From Candidatus Binataceae bacterium (lineage in GTDB: Bacteria > Desulfobacterota > Binatia > Binatales > Binataceae): a stretch of DNA of 64,000 nt. The notes beneath the pieces are model-generated. The model searched no databases. It was not told the origin of the DNA and saw nothing but the letters and a program-made list of their open reading frames with translations. Of the stretch, positions 28,830-40,924 are shown one piece after another. Position numbers and translations under genes: made by a program. The DNA lies in contig CAWDLC010000014.1 of NCBI GenBank assembly GCA_963803045.1, positions 114,003-178,002 of the forward strand. The letters are read 5' to 3'. The stretch's first letter is position 1, and every line of letters begins with the position of its first letter.

Positions 28830-29301
28830 GCTCGATCAGTACCGCGCCGTGATCGACCGTCTGGCCCTCCTCGACGCGAACATGTTTTACCATCGCCGCG
28901 CTCTCGGCGGCGAGCGTCGTTTCCATTTTCATCGCTTCGATCACGACCAGCGGCTGTCCGGCCTCGACCAGGTCGCCATCGCCCACCATTACCTTGAGCA
29001 CCTTGCCGGGCATTGGCGCGGTGATTTCGGCCGCTGCGAGCCCGCGCGCGCGGCGCCGGGAAGTCGCTTGGGCCGGCTTGAACTCGAAAGACGCCGGCCC
29101 GACTGAAACGAGGATCGAATCCTTTCGCCGCGCGCCGAAAACCGGGTAGCGCCGGCCGTCGATCATAAGAATCCCGCCGCCGTCCGCATTCGGCGTGAAC
29201 TCCGCGGCGAGTTCCCGATCTCCGATGCGGACCCGAATCGTGCTGCCGTCGCGCGAGATCACCTCGGCGTCGATCTCGCCACCCGCGCGCGTGAGTTTCA
29301 T
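28777..29301 (-). CDS. biotin carboxyl carrier protein-like subunit
   Basis: Biotinylation motif EAMKME. ATG at codon 15 of ORF 28777..29343, directly after the biotin carboxylase stop. Confidence 0.75.
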   Translation of the reverse strand: MKLTRAGGEIDAEVISRDGSTIRVRIGDRELAAEFTPNADGGGILMIDGRRYPVFGARRKDSILVSVGPASFEFKPAQATSRRRARGLAAAEITAPMPGKVLKVMVGDGDLVEAGQPLVVIEAMKMETTLAAESAAMVKHVRVEEGQTVDHGAVLIELSPSPASSVRESTPRDA

Positions 29302-30806
29302 CGCCGCGATTTCCACAGCTCGAAGTTTTTCAGGCCGTCCCACGGCGAACGACGCTTAGTGCCGGCCGGCAACGGCAACGCAGCGCCGTCTGACGGGATA
29401 TCGCCCATCGCGCCGCCGGCGGTAATCGCCGCTGCGACAATTGCCGCATCGATTTCAGACTTGCCGATCTTCCACCCTGAAAAGAATGAGTCGATGAAGT
29501 GCGTGGAGAGTTTCGCGTCGCGAAATTGCTCGCTCGCTACGACATCGCGCAAGTAGGCGGCGTTGTTCGTCACCCCAAGCAAAGCGAATTCGTCGAGCGC
29601 ATTGACCAGCCTGCCGCGCGCCTCTTCGCGATTCGTGCCGTAGCAGACCAGCTTGCCGAGCAGACCGTCGTACCATGGCGTCACTTCGGTGCCGCGCGCC
29701 AGATGCGAGTCGAAGCGCACGCCCGGTCCGCCGGGAACGCTCAGATGAAGGACGGTTCCCGTCGCCGGACGGAAGTCATGCTCGGGATCCTCGGCATTGA
29801 TTCGGCATTCGATCGCCGCGCCGCGCGGGGCCGGCGGCTCCGACACTTTACCGCCCGACGCGATCCGCAATTGCTCGCATACCAGGTCGCATCCATAACG
29901 CATCTCGGTCACGGGATGCTCGACTTGCAGGCGCGCATTGACTTCGAGGAAGTAGAAGTTGTCGCCCTCGACGAGAAACTCCGCGGTGCCCGCGTTGGTG
30001 TAATGCGCCGCGCGCGCGAGTTTCAGCGCCGCGTCGATCATTTTCGCGCGCATCTCGCCGGAAAGTCCGGGCGCCGGCGACTCCTCGATAATCTTCTGAT
30101 AACGCCGCTGGATGGAGCAATCACGCTCGCCGAGAGCAACCACGGCGCCGTGATTGTCGCCGAGAATCTGTATTTCGATGTGGCGCGGATGCGCGAGATA
30201 TTTTTCGACGAATATCCGCCCGTCGCCGAATGCCGCCGCGGCTTCACGCGTGGCCGCTCCCAGCGCGCTCTCGAGTTGCGCGGCTTCAGCCACCACGCGC
30301 ATCCCGCGTCCGCCTCCCCCGGCCGCAGCTTTGACCACGATCGGGTAGCCGACGAGCGCGGCAAACTCGCGCGTCTCGGCGACTCCCGCGGCTTCGATTC
30401 CCGGCACGACCGGAACTCCGGCTGCAACTGCGATTCGCCGTGCCGCGACCTTGTCGCCGAGCGCCGCGATCACCTCCGGCCGCGGTCCAACAAACACTAT
30501 CTGCGCATCGGCCGCAGCCTGTGCGAACTCGGGACGCTCGGAGAGAAATCCGCAGCCCGGATGAATCGCGTCGGCGCCGGATTGTTTTGCGGCCGCGATT
30601 ATCGCCGCGATGTCGAGGTAGCTTTTTGCGGCCTCGGCTGGTCCGATGGCAATTGCCTCGTCGGCCGCGCCGACGTGCGCGCTTTTTGCGTCCGCCGCCG
30701 AATAGACAGCCACGGTTTTCAGCCCGAACAGACGCGCACTGCGGACGATCCGAAGGGCAATTTCGCCGCGATTGGCGACCAGCAGTCTTGTGAGCCGGCG
30801 TTCCAT
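29298..30806 (-). CDS. biotin carboxylase (acyl-CoA carboxylase alpha, ATP-grasp)
   Basis: LLVANRGEIALRIV, AAGGGGRGMR, EVNARLQVEHPVTE. No carboxyltransferase gene is adjacent. Confidence 0.9.
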   Translation of the reverse strand: MERRLTRLLVANRGEIALRIVRSARLFGLKTVAVYSAADAKSAHVGAADEAIAIGPAEAAKSYLDIAAIIAAAKQSGADAIHPGCGFLSERPEFAQAAADAQIVFVGPRPEVIAALGDKVAARRIAVAAGVPVVPGIEAAGVAETREFAALVGYPIVVKAAAGGGGRGMRVVAEAAQLESALGAATREAAAAFGDGRIFVEKYLAHPRHIEIQILGDNHGAVVALGERDCSIQRRYQKIIEESPAPGLSGEMRAKMIDAALKLARAAHYTNAGTAEFLVEGDNFYFLEVNARLQVEHPVTEMRYGCDLVCEQLRIASGGKVSEPPAPRGAAIECRINAEDPEHDFRPATGTVLHLSVPGGPGVRFDSHLARGTEVTPWYDGLLGKLVCYGTNREEARGRLVNALDEFALLGVTNNAAYLRDVVASEQFRDAKLSTHFIDSFFSGWKIGKSEIDAAIVAAAITAGGAMGDIPSDGAALPLPAGTKRRSPWDGLKNFELWKSRR

Positions 30807-31070
30807 CGATTTGTCCAAAAAAACTAGCACAAGCCGCATCCACATAAAGCGGCGCGTTCGAGACTTCGGTGAGAACCGAAAAACTGAACATGAAAAAAAT
30901 ATTTTCTGAATTGATCGTCAAAAAGGATTGATCGACAACGGGATTTCACTATCTTGTTTGATCCGAGTTCGACTCGGGCGCGTGGTTGAAAAGTTGAAAC
31001 GAGAAAAGTTGTCATGCGTACCAAAAAAATGGCGGGAAAGACCAACTGACTCGAGGAGCGCTGGCGGAAA

Positions 31071-31286
31071 ATGAGCGAGAAAATCACGGTCCGTACCGTG
31101 TACGACTTTCCCGTCGCCGCTCACCTGTGCGACGACGGAACCGTGCGTTACGTAAAACTGGTGCGCCGCAGCGGCCAACAGCCCGAAGGCACCTGCCAGC
31201 AGTGCAAGACTTCGTTTCTGTATCGAAAGCCCAAACCCTCAAAAAACGCGCGCCATCCCGACGGCGAGGGCATCGTCCACTTTTAG
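31071..31286 (+). CDS. hypothetical small protein
   Basis: 71-aa ORF after an AT-rich stretch; contains CxxC. Weak support. Confidence 0.25.
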   Translation: MSEKITVRTVYDFPVAAHLCDDGTVRYVKLVRRSGQQPEGTCQQCKTSFLYRKPKPSKNARHPDGEGIVHF

Positions 31287-31472
31287 TTTTTCACTGGCTG
31301 TCGCTCAGCGAAACACATCCTATTCGCGCCCTCAGCCGACCTCTTTCCCTGCGTGGTCGTCGCAGCGACGACCGCCCCGCTACCGCAACGACCGCTCCTG
31401 TCTCAACGGGCGTCACGTTGCCGAGCAATCTGGCTCAAGCATCTCAAGCGTCGCGGCCCCTGTGGACCCGTC

Positions 31473-32252
31473 TCAACGGGTCTTCACGAGCATGATCCGC
31501 GGGCCCTTGTAGTATCGCGCGCCTTCGTCGCCGACGAACGCGAATCCGTCGTTCGGATCGAACCATGCGTGAAGCTTGGGCACGAAGGCCGCGACGATCA
31601 CGTTAAACCATCCAAAATCCGGCCGGACTTCGACTCGGATCGCCTCGGCGCCCCAGGCTGCCCACACCGCATTTGCCGGATCGATCTTGACGCTGATCGC
31701 AAATATCTTCGGGCCGGGCGCGCAGTTGAAGACGTGGATTGCACGAGCCAATCCGTTGTCGCGCGCGCGCAAAAAATCCTGAATCGGAATCACTATGCTT
31801 GCGCCGGCCCAGGTGTCGTCCGGGATGCTTAGCAGCTCGGACTGCTCGCTATTTTGTGCGCCTGAGTTGTCGATACAAGTCGCGGCGCCCGACTTCAGAT
31901 CCAGATGGCCGCGTCGCTGGATCGATCCGTCGGCGTTGAAGAACGTGTGATCGAATTCGGCCAGGCTGGGTGGCTCGCCACCGGTTCCCAGCCGGATTTG
32001 CGCGGTCTCGACGTCGGACTGACCGTCATAGTAGCTATTCTCGCCGTGCAGCGTCGCGTCCGCGCCGGCATTCTCCACACGGTAGCTGCTGCGCCCGATC
32101 GCAATGCCGGTATCAGGATCCAGAATCGTAAAACTGGTCGGCGGAAAGTTGAGCGCATCGGCTGAAAACGCAGGGCGCGCACCGGCCATTGCCAGGATTA
32201 CCGCCGACGCCGCGCCAGCGACAGTCCATCCCAGCTCCCGTATCGTAATCAT
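31473..32252 (-). CDS. secreted hypothetical protein
   Basis: Signal peptide ...AMAGARPAFSA; no recognised domain. Confidence 0.5.
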   Translation of the reverse strand: MITIRELGWTVAGAASAVILAMAGARPAFSADALNFPPTSFTILDPDTGIAIGRSSYRVENAGADATLHGENSYYDGQSDVETAQIRLGTGGEPPSLAEFDHTFFNADGSIQRRGHLDLKSGAATCIDNSGAQNSEQSELLSIPDDTWAGASIVIPIQDFLRARDNGLARAIHVFNCAPGPKIFAISVKIDPANAVWAAWGAEAIRVEVRPDFGWFNVIVAAFVPKLHAWFDPNDGFAFVGDEGARYYKGPRIMLVKTR

Positions 32253-32421
32253 GCCCGATGCAAATTCCTGTCTGGAACGTTAACTCGGCGGGTGATCTGC
32301 GCGCTAGCTGCGCGATTAAGGGCATCGGATGCTCCACCAACCCGCGCCTCTTCCCTATCCCACTTCTAACAGGGCGAAGCCCGCATCTTTTCTTAACACT
32401 GGGTGCAGGGGTCACCCCTGC

Positions 32422-34254
32422 CTACTCGACCGTCACTGACTTCGCCAGATTGCGTGGCTGATCGACGTCGGTGCCGCGCTCTACCGCGATATGATACGCG
32501 AGCAACTGCAGCGGCACCGTCATCAGCACCGGCGTCAGCATCCGGTTGGTCTCCGGCACCTCGATAATTTCCGCGGCGACGCTTTTCAGCTCGGCGGTCG
32601 CGCGATTGGTCACCGCGATAATCCGGCCGTTGCGCGATTCGACCTCCTTGAGATTCGACATCGACTTCTCGAACAGGTCGTCGTTGGGAATTATCACCAC
32701 CACCGGCATCTTTTCGTCGATGAGCGCGATCGGTCCGTGCTTCATCTCGCCCGCGGAGTAACCCTCGGCGTGAATGTAGGAAATTTCCTTCAGCTTGAGC
32801 GCGCCCTCGAGCGCGATGGGATAGTTGATGCCGCGGCCGAGGAACAGGAAGTCCCGCGCCGGCGCGTACTTGCGCGCGATCCGCTGAATATCCGGCTCGC
32901 GCCTCAAAGATAGCTTTCGATCTGTCCGGGGATCGCAAACGCCGGCTGCAGCAACTTGCCGGCGTCCGCGGCGGACAGGCGTCCCATCCGCGCCGCCAGA
33001 TGAATCGCGAACAGATAGTAAGCCTCGAGCTGCGTGAGAAAGCATTTGGTCGTCGTCACGCTCGTCTCGGGACCGCATCGCGTGTACAACTGCGCGTCGG
33101 CCTTGCGCGCGATCGACGAATCCACGGTGTTGGTGATCGCCAGCAGATGCGCACCGCGCGCGCGTCCTTCTTCCATCGCGGCGATCGTGTCGGCGGTCTC
33201 GCCCGACTGCGACACGGCGATGATCATCGTGCGGTTGTCGATCGGCGGCCGGCGATAGCGGAACTCGGATGAGTAATCGACCTCGACCGGAATCGCGGCG
33301 AGTTCCTCGATCATGAACTTGGCCACCTGCGCGGTTATCCACGACGCGCCCGCCCCCAGCATCACGATTCGCCCGATCGACGCAGGACCGCCCGCCGGGA
33401 TCAATTCGCCCTCGAAGCGGACGCTGGTCGAGCCGCCGTCCGCCCGCCCCGCCATCGTGTCGATCCACGCCTGCGGCTGGTCGTTGATTTCCTTGCGCAG
33501 GTAATGGCGAAAGCCGCCCTTGGTGGCGGCGACTGCGTCCCATTCCACTTGGCGGGGCCGGCGAGTAACCGGAGTGCCATCGAACTTCATCAGCCGCGTG
33601 GCGGTGGCGGTGACCTCGGCAAGCTCGCCGTCTTCGAGGACCAAAGCGGAGCGCGTGTGTTCGAGAATCGCGGGAATATCCGAAGCGACAAAGTTCTCGC
33701 CATCGCCCAGCCCCAATACCAGCGGCGTCGCGGTCTTGGCGGCGACCAGCTTGTCGGGTTCGGTCTCCGAGAGCACGACGATCGAGAACGAACCGCGCAA
33801 CCGCAAAACGGCTTCGCGCACAGCCTCGGTCAGCCCGCGGCCGCCTTTGAGCTTTTCCTCGATCAGGTGCGCGATCAGCTCGGTGTCGGTTTCGGAGCGG
33901 AGCTTGTGGCCGCGAGCGAGCAGTTCGGCGCGGAGTTCGATGAAGTTCTCGACGATGCCGTTGTGGATGACGGCGACTGGCCCGGCTTTGTGCGGATGCG
34001 CATTTTCTTCCGACGGGCGGCCGTGAGTCGCCCATCGCGTGTGCCCGATTCCGATATGGCCTTGCAAGCGGAGAGTCGGCCAGCAGATGGCGCAGGTTTT
34101 CGAGCTTGCCCTTGGCGCGGCGAATTTCGAGCTTGCTGTCAACTAAAGTTGCGATGCCAGCCGAATCGTACCCGCGATACTCCAGCCGGCCGAGCCCTTC
34201 CAGCAGGATAGGGTACGCTTCGCTCGGCCCGACATATCCGATTATTCCGCACAT
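32422..34254 (-). pseudogene. glmS: glutamine--fructose-6-phosphate aminotransferase, two compensating frameshifts
   Basis: MCGIIGYVG (N-terminal Cys), [14 protein letters not shown], two SIS domains, C-terminus NLAKSVTVE. The frame switches at about 34063 and back at about 32908; the middle 1.15 kb reads in ORF 32904..34142. Confidence 0.9.
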
Positions 34255-34439
34255 GATCGTTCGCTCCTTTCCCCGCCCGTGGGCACGGGAGGCCAGGCTC
34301 TTTGCACGTTTGTGCTCATCTGGACATTAGTCTGTACGTTCGGCCGGCAGCTGCGACGGCAGCGCAGGGGCAGGCCGAGGAAACAGAGTTACGCACAACT
34401 TTGCTGTAGCGGGAGTTTAGAAAATCACGTCAGAGCCGG

Positions 34440-34600
34440 ATGCTCTGCCACTCGAGGCGTATTTTGTCGTGCGGTCACCCGCGCGGTTTGCTCGCCTCTA
34501 TCGACTGTGGAGCCGGGAAGCCATCCGCCGAATCTTTCGATACTGCTTCCACCTCGTCAACTCATGGCACGATGCGGCCATGAGTCCTGGCGCTACTCTC
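34440..34600 (-). ncRNA. glmS ribozyme (GlcN6P-dependent self-cleaving leader)
   Basis: Minus strand reads AGCGCCAGGACUCAUGGC...GCCAUGAGUUGACGAGGUGGAAGCAGUAUCGAAAGAUUCGGCGGAUGGCUUCCCGGCU...AAACCGCGCGGGUGACCGC. This matches the conserved core of the Bacillus ribozyme as I remember it. The 5' AGCGCC is at 34594..34589. Confidence 0.8.
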
Positions 34601-34644
34601 GCTCTTTGTTTTCTATCGCTTCGACCGTCACCTCGTTCAGCTGA

Positions 34645-36101
34645 TTATTCCCGCCGGGGCGAGCTCAGTTCAAGCGACGGCCTTTGATATCTCTGGCTTA
34701 GGCGATCGGCTGTCGCGTGACGCTTGCGCCATGCCGCCATCCAGCCGGCCTTTTCACGCTGCGGATGATGCGACATCACAAGCGAGCCGTCGGGAACCTC
34801 GCGCACGATTGTCGTCCCCGACGCGACGAACACGTCGCTGCCGACCTTGACCGGCGCGACCAGCTGCGTGTCGCATCCGACCATGCAGCGGTCGCCGATC
34901 ACCGTCTGATGCTTGTCGTAGCCGTCGTAATTCACCGTGATAACGCCGCATCCGACGTTGGTGTCGGCGCCGATGGTGGCGTCGCCGAGGTAGCTCAGAT
35001 GGCTGGCCTTGGTGCCGCGTCCGAGCCGCGCCTTTTTGGTCTCGACGAAATTGCCGATCCGGTTGTGGCCGGCGAGTTCGGTGCCGGCGCGCAAGTTGGC
35101 GAACGGGCCGATTTCGGATTCTTCGCCGATCACGCAATCTTCGGCGCGCACGCCGAGCTTCAGATGGCATCGCGGCGCCGATCGTCACGTTGCTGAGCCA
35201 TGCGGTGCCGTCGATTCGCACGCCCTCGCCGAGCTTGCAGCTGCGCCGAGAATCTGGACGTTGGGACCGATTACGCAATCGGGCGCGATTTCGGCCTGCT
35301 CAGCGATATAGGCGGTCGGGGGATCGACGAGGCGTCACGCCGGATTCCATCAGCTTTCGGTTAACCGCCGCACGAATTTCCGCTTCCATATTTGCCAGCT
35401 CCTCGCGCGAGTTGATTCCGGCGAATTCCGCCGGGTCGTGCAGCAACCACGCTTCGACTTTTCGCTTTCCCGCGAGCGCGCGCGATCGCAACGATATCGG
35501 TCAGGTAATACTCGCCCTGCGCGTTGCCCGGTTTCAGTTCCGCCAGCGCCGACCGCAGCAGCGCCGCATCGACCAGATAAAAGCCGGTGTTGATTTCCTT
35601 GATGGCGCGCTCGGCGGGCGACGCGTCGCGGGACTCGACGATCTTCTCGACCTTGCCGCCGGCGTCGCGAATCACCCGGCCGTACGCGCGGGATCGTCGA
35701 GCATGATGCTGATGAACGAGAGCTTTGCGCCGCGCTTTCGATGTGCGTCGAGAAAGGCGCGCAGCGTCGCCGGCGTGATCGCGGGCATGTCGCCGTAAGT
35801 GATGAACACGTCGCCGGTGAAGCCCGCGGGAATCTGGCCGAGGCCGCATCGCGCCGCGTCGCCGGTGCCGCGCTGACGGTCCTGGAGCGCGAATCGCGCT
35901 GTCGGGAAGCCGGCCGCGGCCTCGACTTCGCGAGCCTGGTGGCCCACGACGATCACGATCGGCTCGGGCTCGAGCGCGGCGAGCGGCGCGAATCGCGCGC
36001 GCGATCATCGGCTCGCCGCCAAGCTCGTGCAGGACCTTGGCCCGCTTCGAGCGCATCCTGGTCCCTTTGCCCGCAGCGAGAATGATTGCGGCAACGCTCA
36101 T
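34645..36101 (-). pseudogene. glmU: bifunctional GlcNAc-1-P uridyltransferase / GlcN-1-P acetyltransferase, about six frameshifts
   Basis: [53 protein letters not shown] and C-terminal LbH repeats are all present but spread over three frames. Switches are near 35985, 35688, 35485, 35330, 35245 and 35175. Confidence 0.85.
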
Positions 36102-36541
36102 GATCGGTGCCGGCTATCGTAGTCATCGAAGTTCGAGACTTTCCACGTATCGGCGGTCTTGCGCGCGGTGATCAGCAAGTTGCGATTGAAGGTGCCACCG
36201 TCGGGCACGTCGATGGTCGCGCGAAACAGGAACTCGACATGGTCGGTGCCGTCGCGCTCGGCAGTGAGTTTGTAATGCACGACGGGCTTGTGAGTATCGG
36301 CGTCGATTTTCTGGCCGCCGATCATCTGTATCTCGCGATGAAGCTTGTCGAGTGCGAGGCCGGTGCAGAATGGCTCGGCCGCCTTCAGATCGATCGCTAC
36401 ATAGTATTGATCGACGAAACGATCGGCGACGCCGCGCGCGCTGTTGGCCGGATGGCATCCGATGGCAACGATCGAAGCGAACGCCGCGATGAAAAGCAGC
36501 CCGGCGCCGCGGCCACGAAGGAGGAATCTGCGGGACGTCAT
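36098..36541 (-). CDS. lipoprotein, hypothetical
   Basis: Lipobox VAIGC. ATGA overlaps on both sides (with glmU and with the Zn-ribbon gene). Confidence 0.5.
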   Translation of the reverse strand: MTSRRFLLRGRGAGLLFIAAFASIVAIGCHPANSARGVADRFVDQYYVAIDLKAAEPFCTGLALDKLHREIQMIGGQKIDADTHKPVVHYKLTAERDGTDHVEFLFRATIDVPDGGTFNRNLLITARKTADTWKVSNFDDYDSRHRS

Positions 36542-36834
36542 GATTTTTTCTTGAAGAGAGCCTCCAGCTTGCCCTGCGCGCCGGCTTTGGGATTCGCCGC
36601 CGGCCCAACGGCCGCATCGCCGGGCATGAAGTATTCGCAGAAATTAAATCGCTCCTTGTCCACCACCCGCTCGGCCATGGTCTCACGGCAACTGTTGTTG
36701 TAGGCGGGATCGAAAAAGCCGCAGTTGCGGCATGCGTGCAGCGCGCGGCCGCATCCGGGACATTCGTCGCGAAAGCCGACGCGATCCATCCCGGCGACGA
36801 GCTCGATTTTCTTCGCGCAATTCCAACAGTTCAT
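36538..36834 (-). CDS. small zinc-ribbon protein
   Basis: MNCWNCAKK...CPGCGR...CRNCGFF...; 98-aa portion of ORF 36538..37050. Confidence 0.5.
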   Translation of the reverse strand: MNCWNCAKKIELVAGMDRVGFRDECPGCGRALHACRNCGFFDPAYNNSCRETMAERVVDKERFNFCEYFMPGDAAVGPAANPKAGAQGKLEALFKKKS

Positions 36835-36988
36835 AGCGAAGCGGCGAGTTCTTCGCGCGGCGTCGTGCGCCGCGATATTTCGATAATTCGAAAGCGTTGG
36901 TTCCCTTGGGACCGCGCTGAGACAGGCATGCTTTTTCGGCCCAATCGCCGCTGATAGCATAGCCGCTAAGGTGGGTGCGCGCGAGACA

Positions 36989-37893
36989 ATGGAGGCGGAG
37001 GTGGAGGCTTTTGCGGCGGCGCTGAAGAAGGCGTCGCGCGCCGCGGACAATACGGTGACGAGCTATCGTCGCGACCTGCTCGCGTTTCGAAGTTTCATGC
37101 TCGAGCGAGCGGCGATGGCCGGCAGAGCGAGTCGATGAAATCGACGTTGCGAGCATCACGGCGGATCATATCCGCAGCTATCTGGCCGAATTGATGAAAA
37201 CCGCAAAACGCGCCACCGTGCAGCGCAGACTGAGCGCGATCAAGGCATTTTTCCGCTACCGCGAGACGACGATTGGCGAGCCAAGCCCCGCGCGATCGAT
37301 TCGCTCGCCAAAAAACGAAAGGCGCCTGCCGTCGATATTGCAGCCGGACGAAGTTCGCCGGCTGATCGAAGTTATCTGCCGATGACTCGAAACCTGCGGC
37401 GATACGCGATCGCGCGATATTCGAGACGCTGTATTCGTCGGGGCTGCGCGTCGGCGAGCTGGTCGGGCTCAACTGGCGCGATATCGACGAAGAGCTCGGG
37501 ATGGTGATGGTGCGGGCGGGCAAGGGCAACAAGGATCGGCTGGTGCCGCTGGGTGAGCCTGCGCTGGATGCATTGAGGGCGTGGCGGCGTGCGATGCCGG
37601 TTGCGTGGGAGCCCGACGGTCCGGTGATAATCAATCTTCGCGGCGGCAGGCTGACCACGCGCAGCGTCGAGATGATCCTGCAGCGGCGATTGGCGGCGGC
37701 GGGTCTGAGCGCGGGAATCACGCCGCATGGGCTGCGTCACTGTTTCGCAACGCATATGCTTGGCAACGGGGCGGACCTGAGGTCGATACAGGAAATGCTC
37801 GGCCATGCGAGCCTGGCGACCACGCAGCGCTATACTCATGTGAGCGTGAATCATTTGAAAGAGGTTTATCGACGTGCCTTTCCACGGGTTTGA
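36989..37893 (+). pseudogene. xerC: tyrosine recombinase XerC/XerD-type, two frameshifts
   Basis: NTVTSYRRDLLAFRSF, TVQRRLSAIKAFFRY, GLRVGELVGL, HGLRHCFATH, LGHASLATTQRYTHV. Frame changes near 37130 and 37380. Confidence 0.8.
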
Positions 37894-38446
37894 CAAGGGC
37901 ATCGAGCCGGGCGCCGAAATTCGCCACACGACGATTCTGTGCGTGCGCCACGACGGGCACGTCGTCATCGCGGGTGACGGACAGGTGAGCGTTGGACAAA
38001 CGATCATGAAGAGCAAGGCGAAGAAAGTGCGCCGGCTGCATCAGGATCGCGTGCTGGCGGGATTCGCGGGCTCGACCGCGGACGCGCTGACGCTGTTCGA
38101 CAAGTTCGAATCGAAGCTGCAGGAATACAACGGCGTGCTTCGCCGCGCCGCGGTCGAGTTGGCCAAGGACTGGCGCACGGATCGAATCCTGCGCCGGCTC
38201 GAGGCGATGCTGGTGGTGGCGGACAAAGAGAGCTCGCTGCTTATTTCAGGCGTGGGCGACGTGCTCGAGCCCGACGATGGAATATTGGCGATCGGATCGG
38301 GCGGCAACTACGCGCTGTCGGCGGCGCGCGCGCTGGTTCGGCACGGTTCCGGGATGACGGCGCGCCAGATCGTGGAAGGCGCGATGAAAATCGCGTCGGA
38401 AGTCTGCGTTTACACCAACGACCAATTTGTCTTCGAAGAGTTGTAG
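37874..38446 (+). CDS. hslV: ATP-dependent protease subunit HslV
   Basis: [35 protein letters not shown]. Short N-terminal extension before Thr-Thr; the start codon is uncertain. Confidence 0.9.
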   Translation: MPFHGFDKGIEPGAEIRHTTILCVRHDGHVVIAGDGQVSVGQTIMKSKAKKVRRLHQDRVLAGFAGSTADALTLFDKFESKLQEYNGVLRRAAVELAKDWRTDRILRRLEAMLVVADKESSLLISGVGDVLEPDDGILAIGSGGNYALSAARALVRHGSGMTARQIVEGAMKIASEVCVYTNDQFVFEEL

Positions 38447-38474
38447 CCACAATACTCCAGGAAGTTTCCAGCCG

Positions 38475-39846
<1,372 letters not shown>

Positions 39847-39952
39847 CTCCCGTTCAGCCTTACAGTGGTCCCCACGGCCGCTGCCAAGCGATGGATTGCG
39901 CGGCGCGCTCAATACTGTTTTGATTTGCTTTTTTGGAGAGGTTGCTTAAGGC

Positions 39953-40900
39953 GTGAAAGAGGCCATCCACAATCGAGCCGGCGTGCTGATCGAAGCACTG
40001 CCCTACATTCGGCGTTTTCGCGGCAAAACGCTGGTGATCAAATACGGCGGCCACGCGATGCAGACCGAAGAACTGCGCGAGAGCTTTGCGCAGGAAGTCG
40101 TGCTGCTCGACCTGGTCGGGATCAACCCGGTCATCGTGCACGGCGGCGGGCCGCAGATTACCGAGTTGATCGGCAAGCTCGGACTGAAGCCGCGCTTTGT
40201 GCGCGGGATGCGCGTCACCGATCCGGCGACGATGGAAGCGGCCGAGATGGTCCTGCAGAGAATCAACAAGGATCTGGTGGCGACGATTTCGCGCCAGGGC
40301 GGCCGCGCGGTTGGGCTGTCGGGCAAGGACGGCGACCTGATCCGGTCGCGCAAGATGCTGATGGTCGTGACCGATGACAATGGCAAACGCTCGCGGATCG
40401 ATATCGGGCTGGTCGGCGAAGTCGATCGGGTGAATCCGGAATTGCTCCGCACGCTCGAGGCCAACAACTTCATCCCGGTGATCGCGCCGACCGGGTTCGG
40501 CCGCGACGGCCAGACTTACAACATCAATGCCGACGTCGTCGCGGGCGAGATCGCGGCCGCGCTCAAAGCGGAAAAATTGATCCTGCTGAGCGACGTCGAG
40601 GGCGTGAAGGACAAGGACGGCAAATTGCTCTCGACGCTCGATGCCGCGGAAGCCAGGCGGCTGATCGCGCGCGGGGTGATTCAGGAAGGGATGATTCCGA
40701 AGGTCGAATGTTGCATCGAGGCACTGAACAAGGGCGTGGCGAAGACCCACATAATCGACGGCCGCGTCAAACACGCGGTGCTGCTGGAAATCTTCACCCG
40801 CTCGGGAATCGGCACCGAAGTGGTCCAACGCCGCGCCAGGGTGTCGGCGTTGACCGAGACCGCGCGCAGCGCAGACGGAGGAGGCAAGGCGAACAGCTAG
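39953..40900 (+). CDS. argB: acetylglutamate kinase
   Basis: [31 protein letters not shown]. Confidence 0.9.
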   Translation: MKEAIHNRAGVLIEALPYIRRFRGKTLVIKYGGHAMQTEELRESFAQEVVLLDLVGINPVIVHGGGPQITELIGKLGLKPRFVRGMRVTDPATMEAAEMVLQRINKDLVATISRQGGRAVGLSGKDGDLIRSRKMLMVVTDDNGKRSRIDIGLVGEVDRVNPELLRTLEANNFIPVIAPTGFGRDGQTYNINADVVAGEIAAALKAEKLILLSDVEGVKDKDGKLLSTLDAAEARRLIARGVIQEGMIPKVECCIEALNKGVAKTHIIDGRVKHAVLLEIFTRSGIGTEVVQRRARVSALTETARSADGGGKANS

Positions 40901-40924
40901 CGGGCAAGCGCCAATCGAATCGCG

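Noticed and set aside
30963-30977. tRNA T-arm-like CCGAG-TTCGA-CTCGG that could mark a tRNA-derived att site.
   Set aside because: The loop is 5 nt rather than 7. No acceptor stem or CCA context fits, and forcing a 7-nt T-loop breaks the stem.
32422-36101. Interpreting glmS and glmU as genuine pseudogenes (genome decay).
   Set aside because: All catalytic motifs are intact, no in-frame stops or substitutions have accumulated within the correct frames, both genes are normally essential, and the localisable lesions are single-base run-length changes. Sequencing or assembly indels are more parsimonious, but this needs read-level confirmation.
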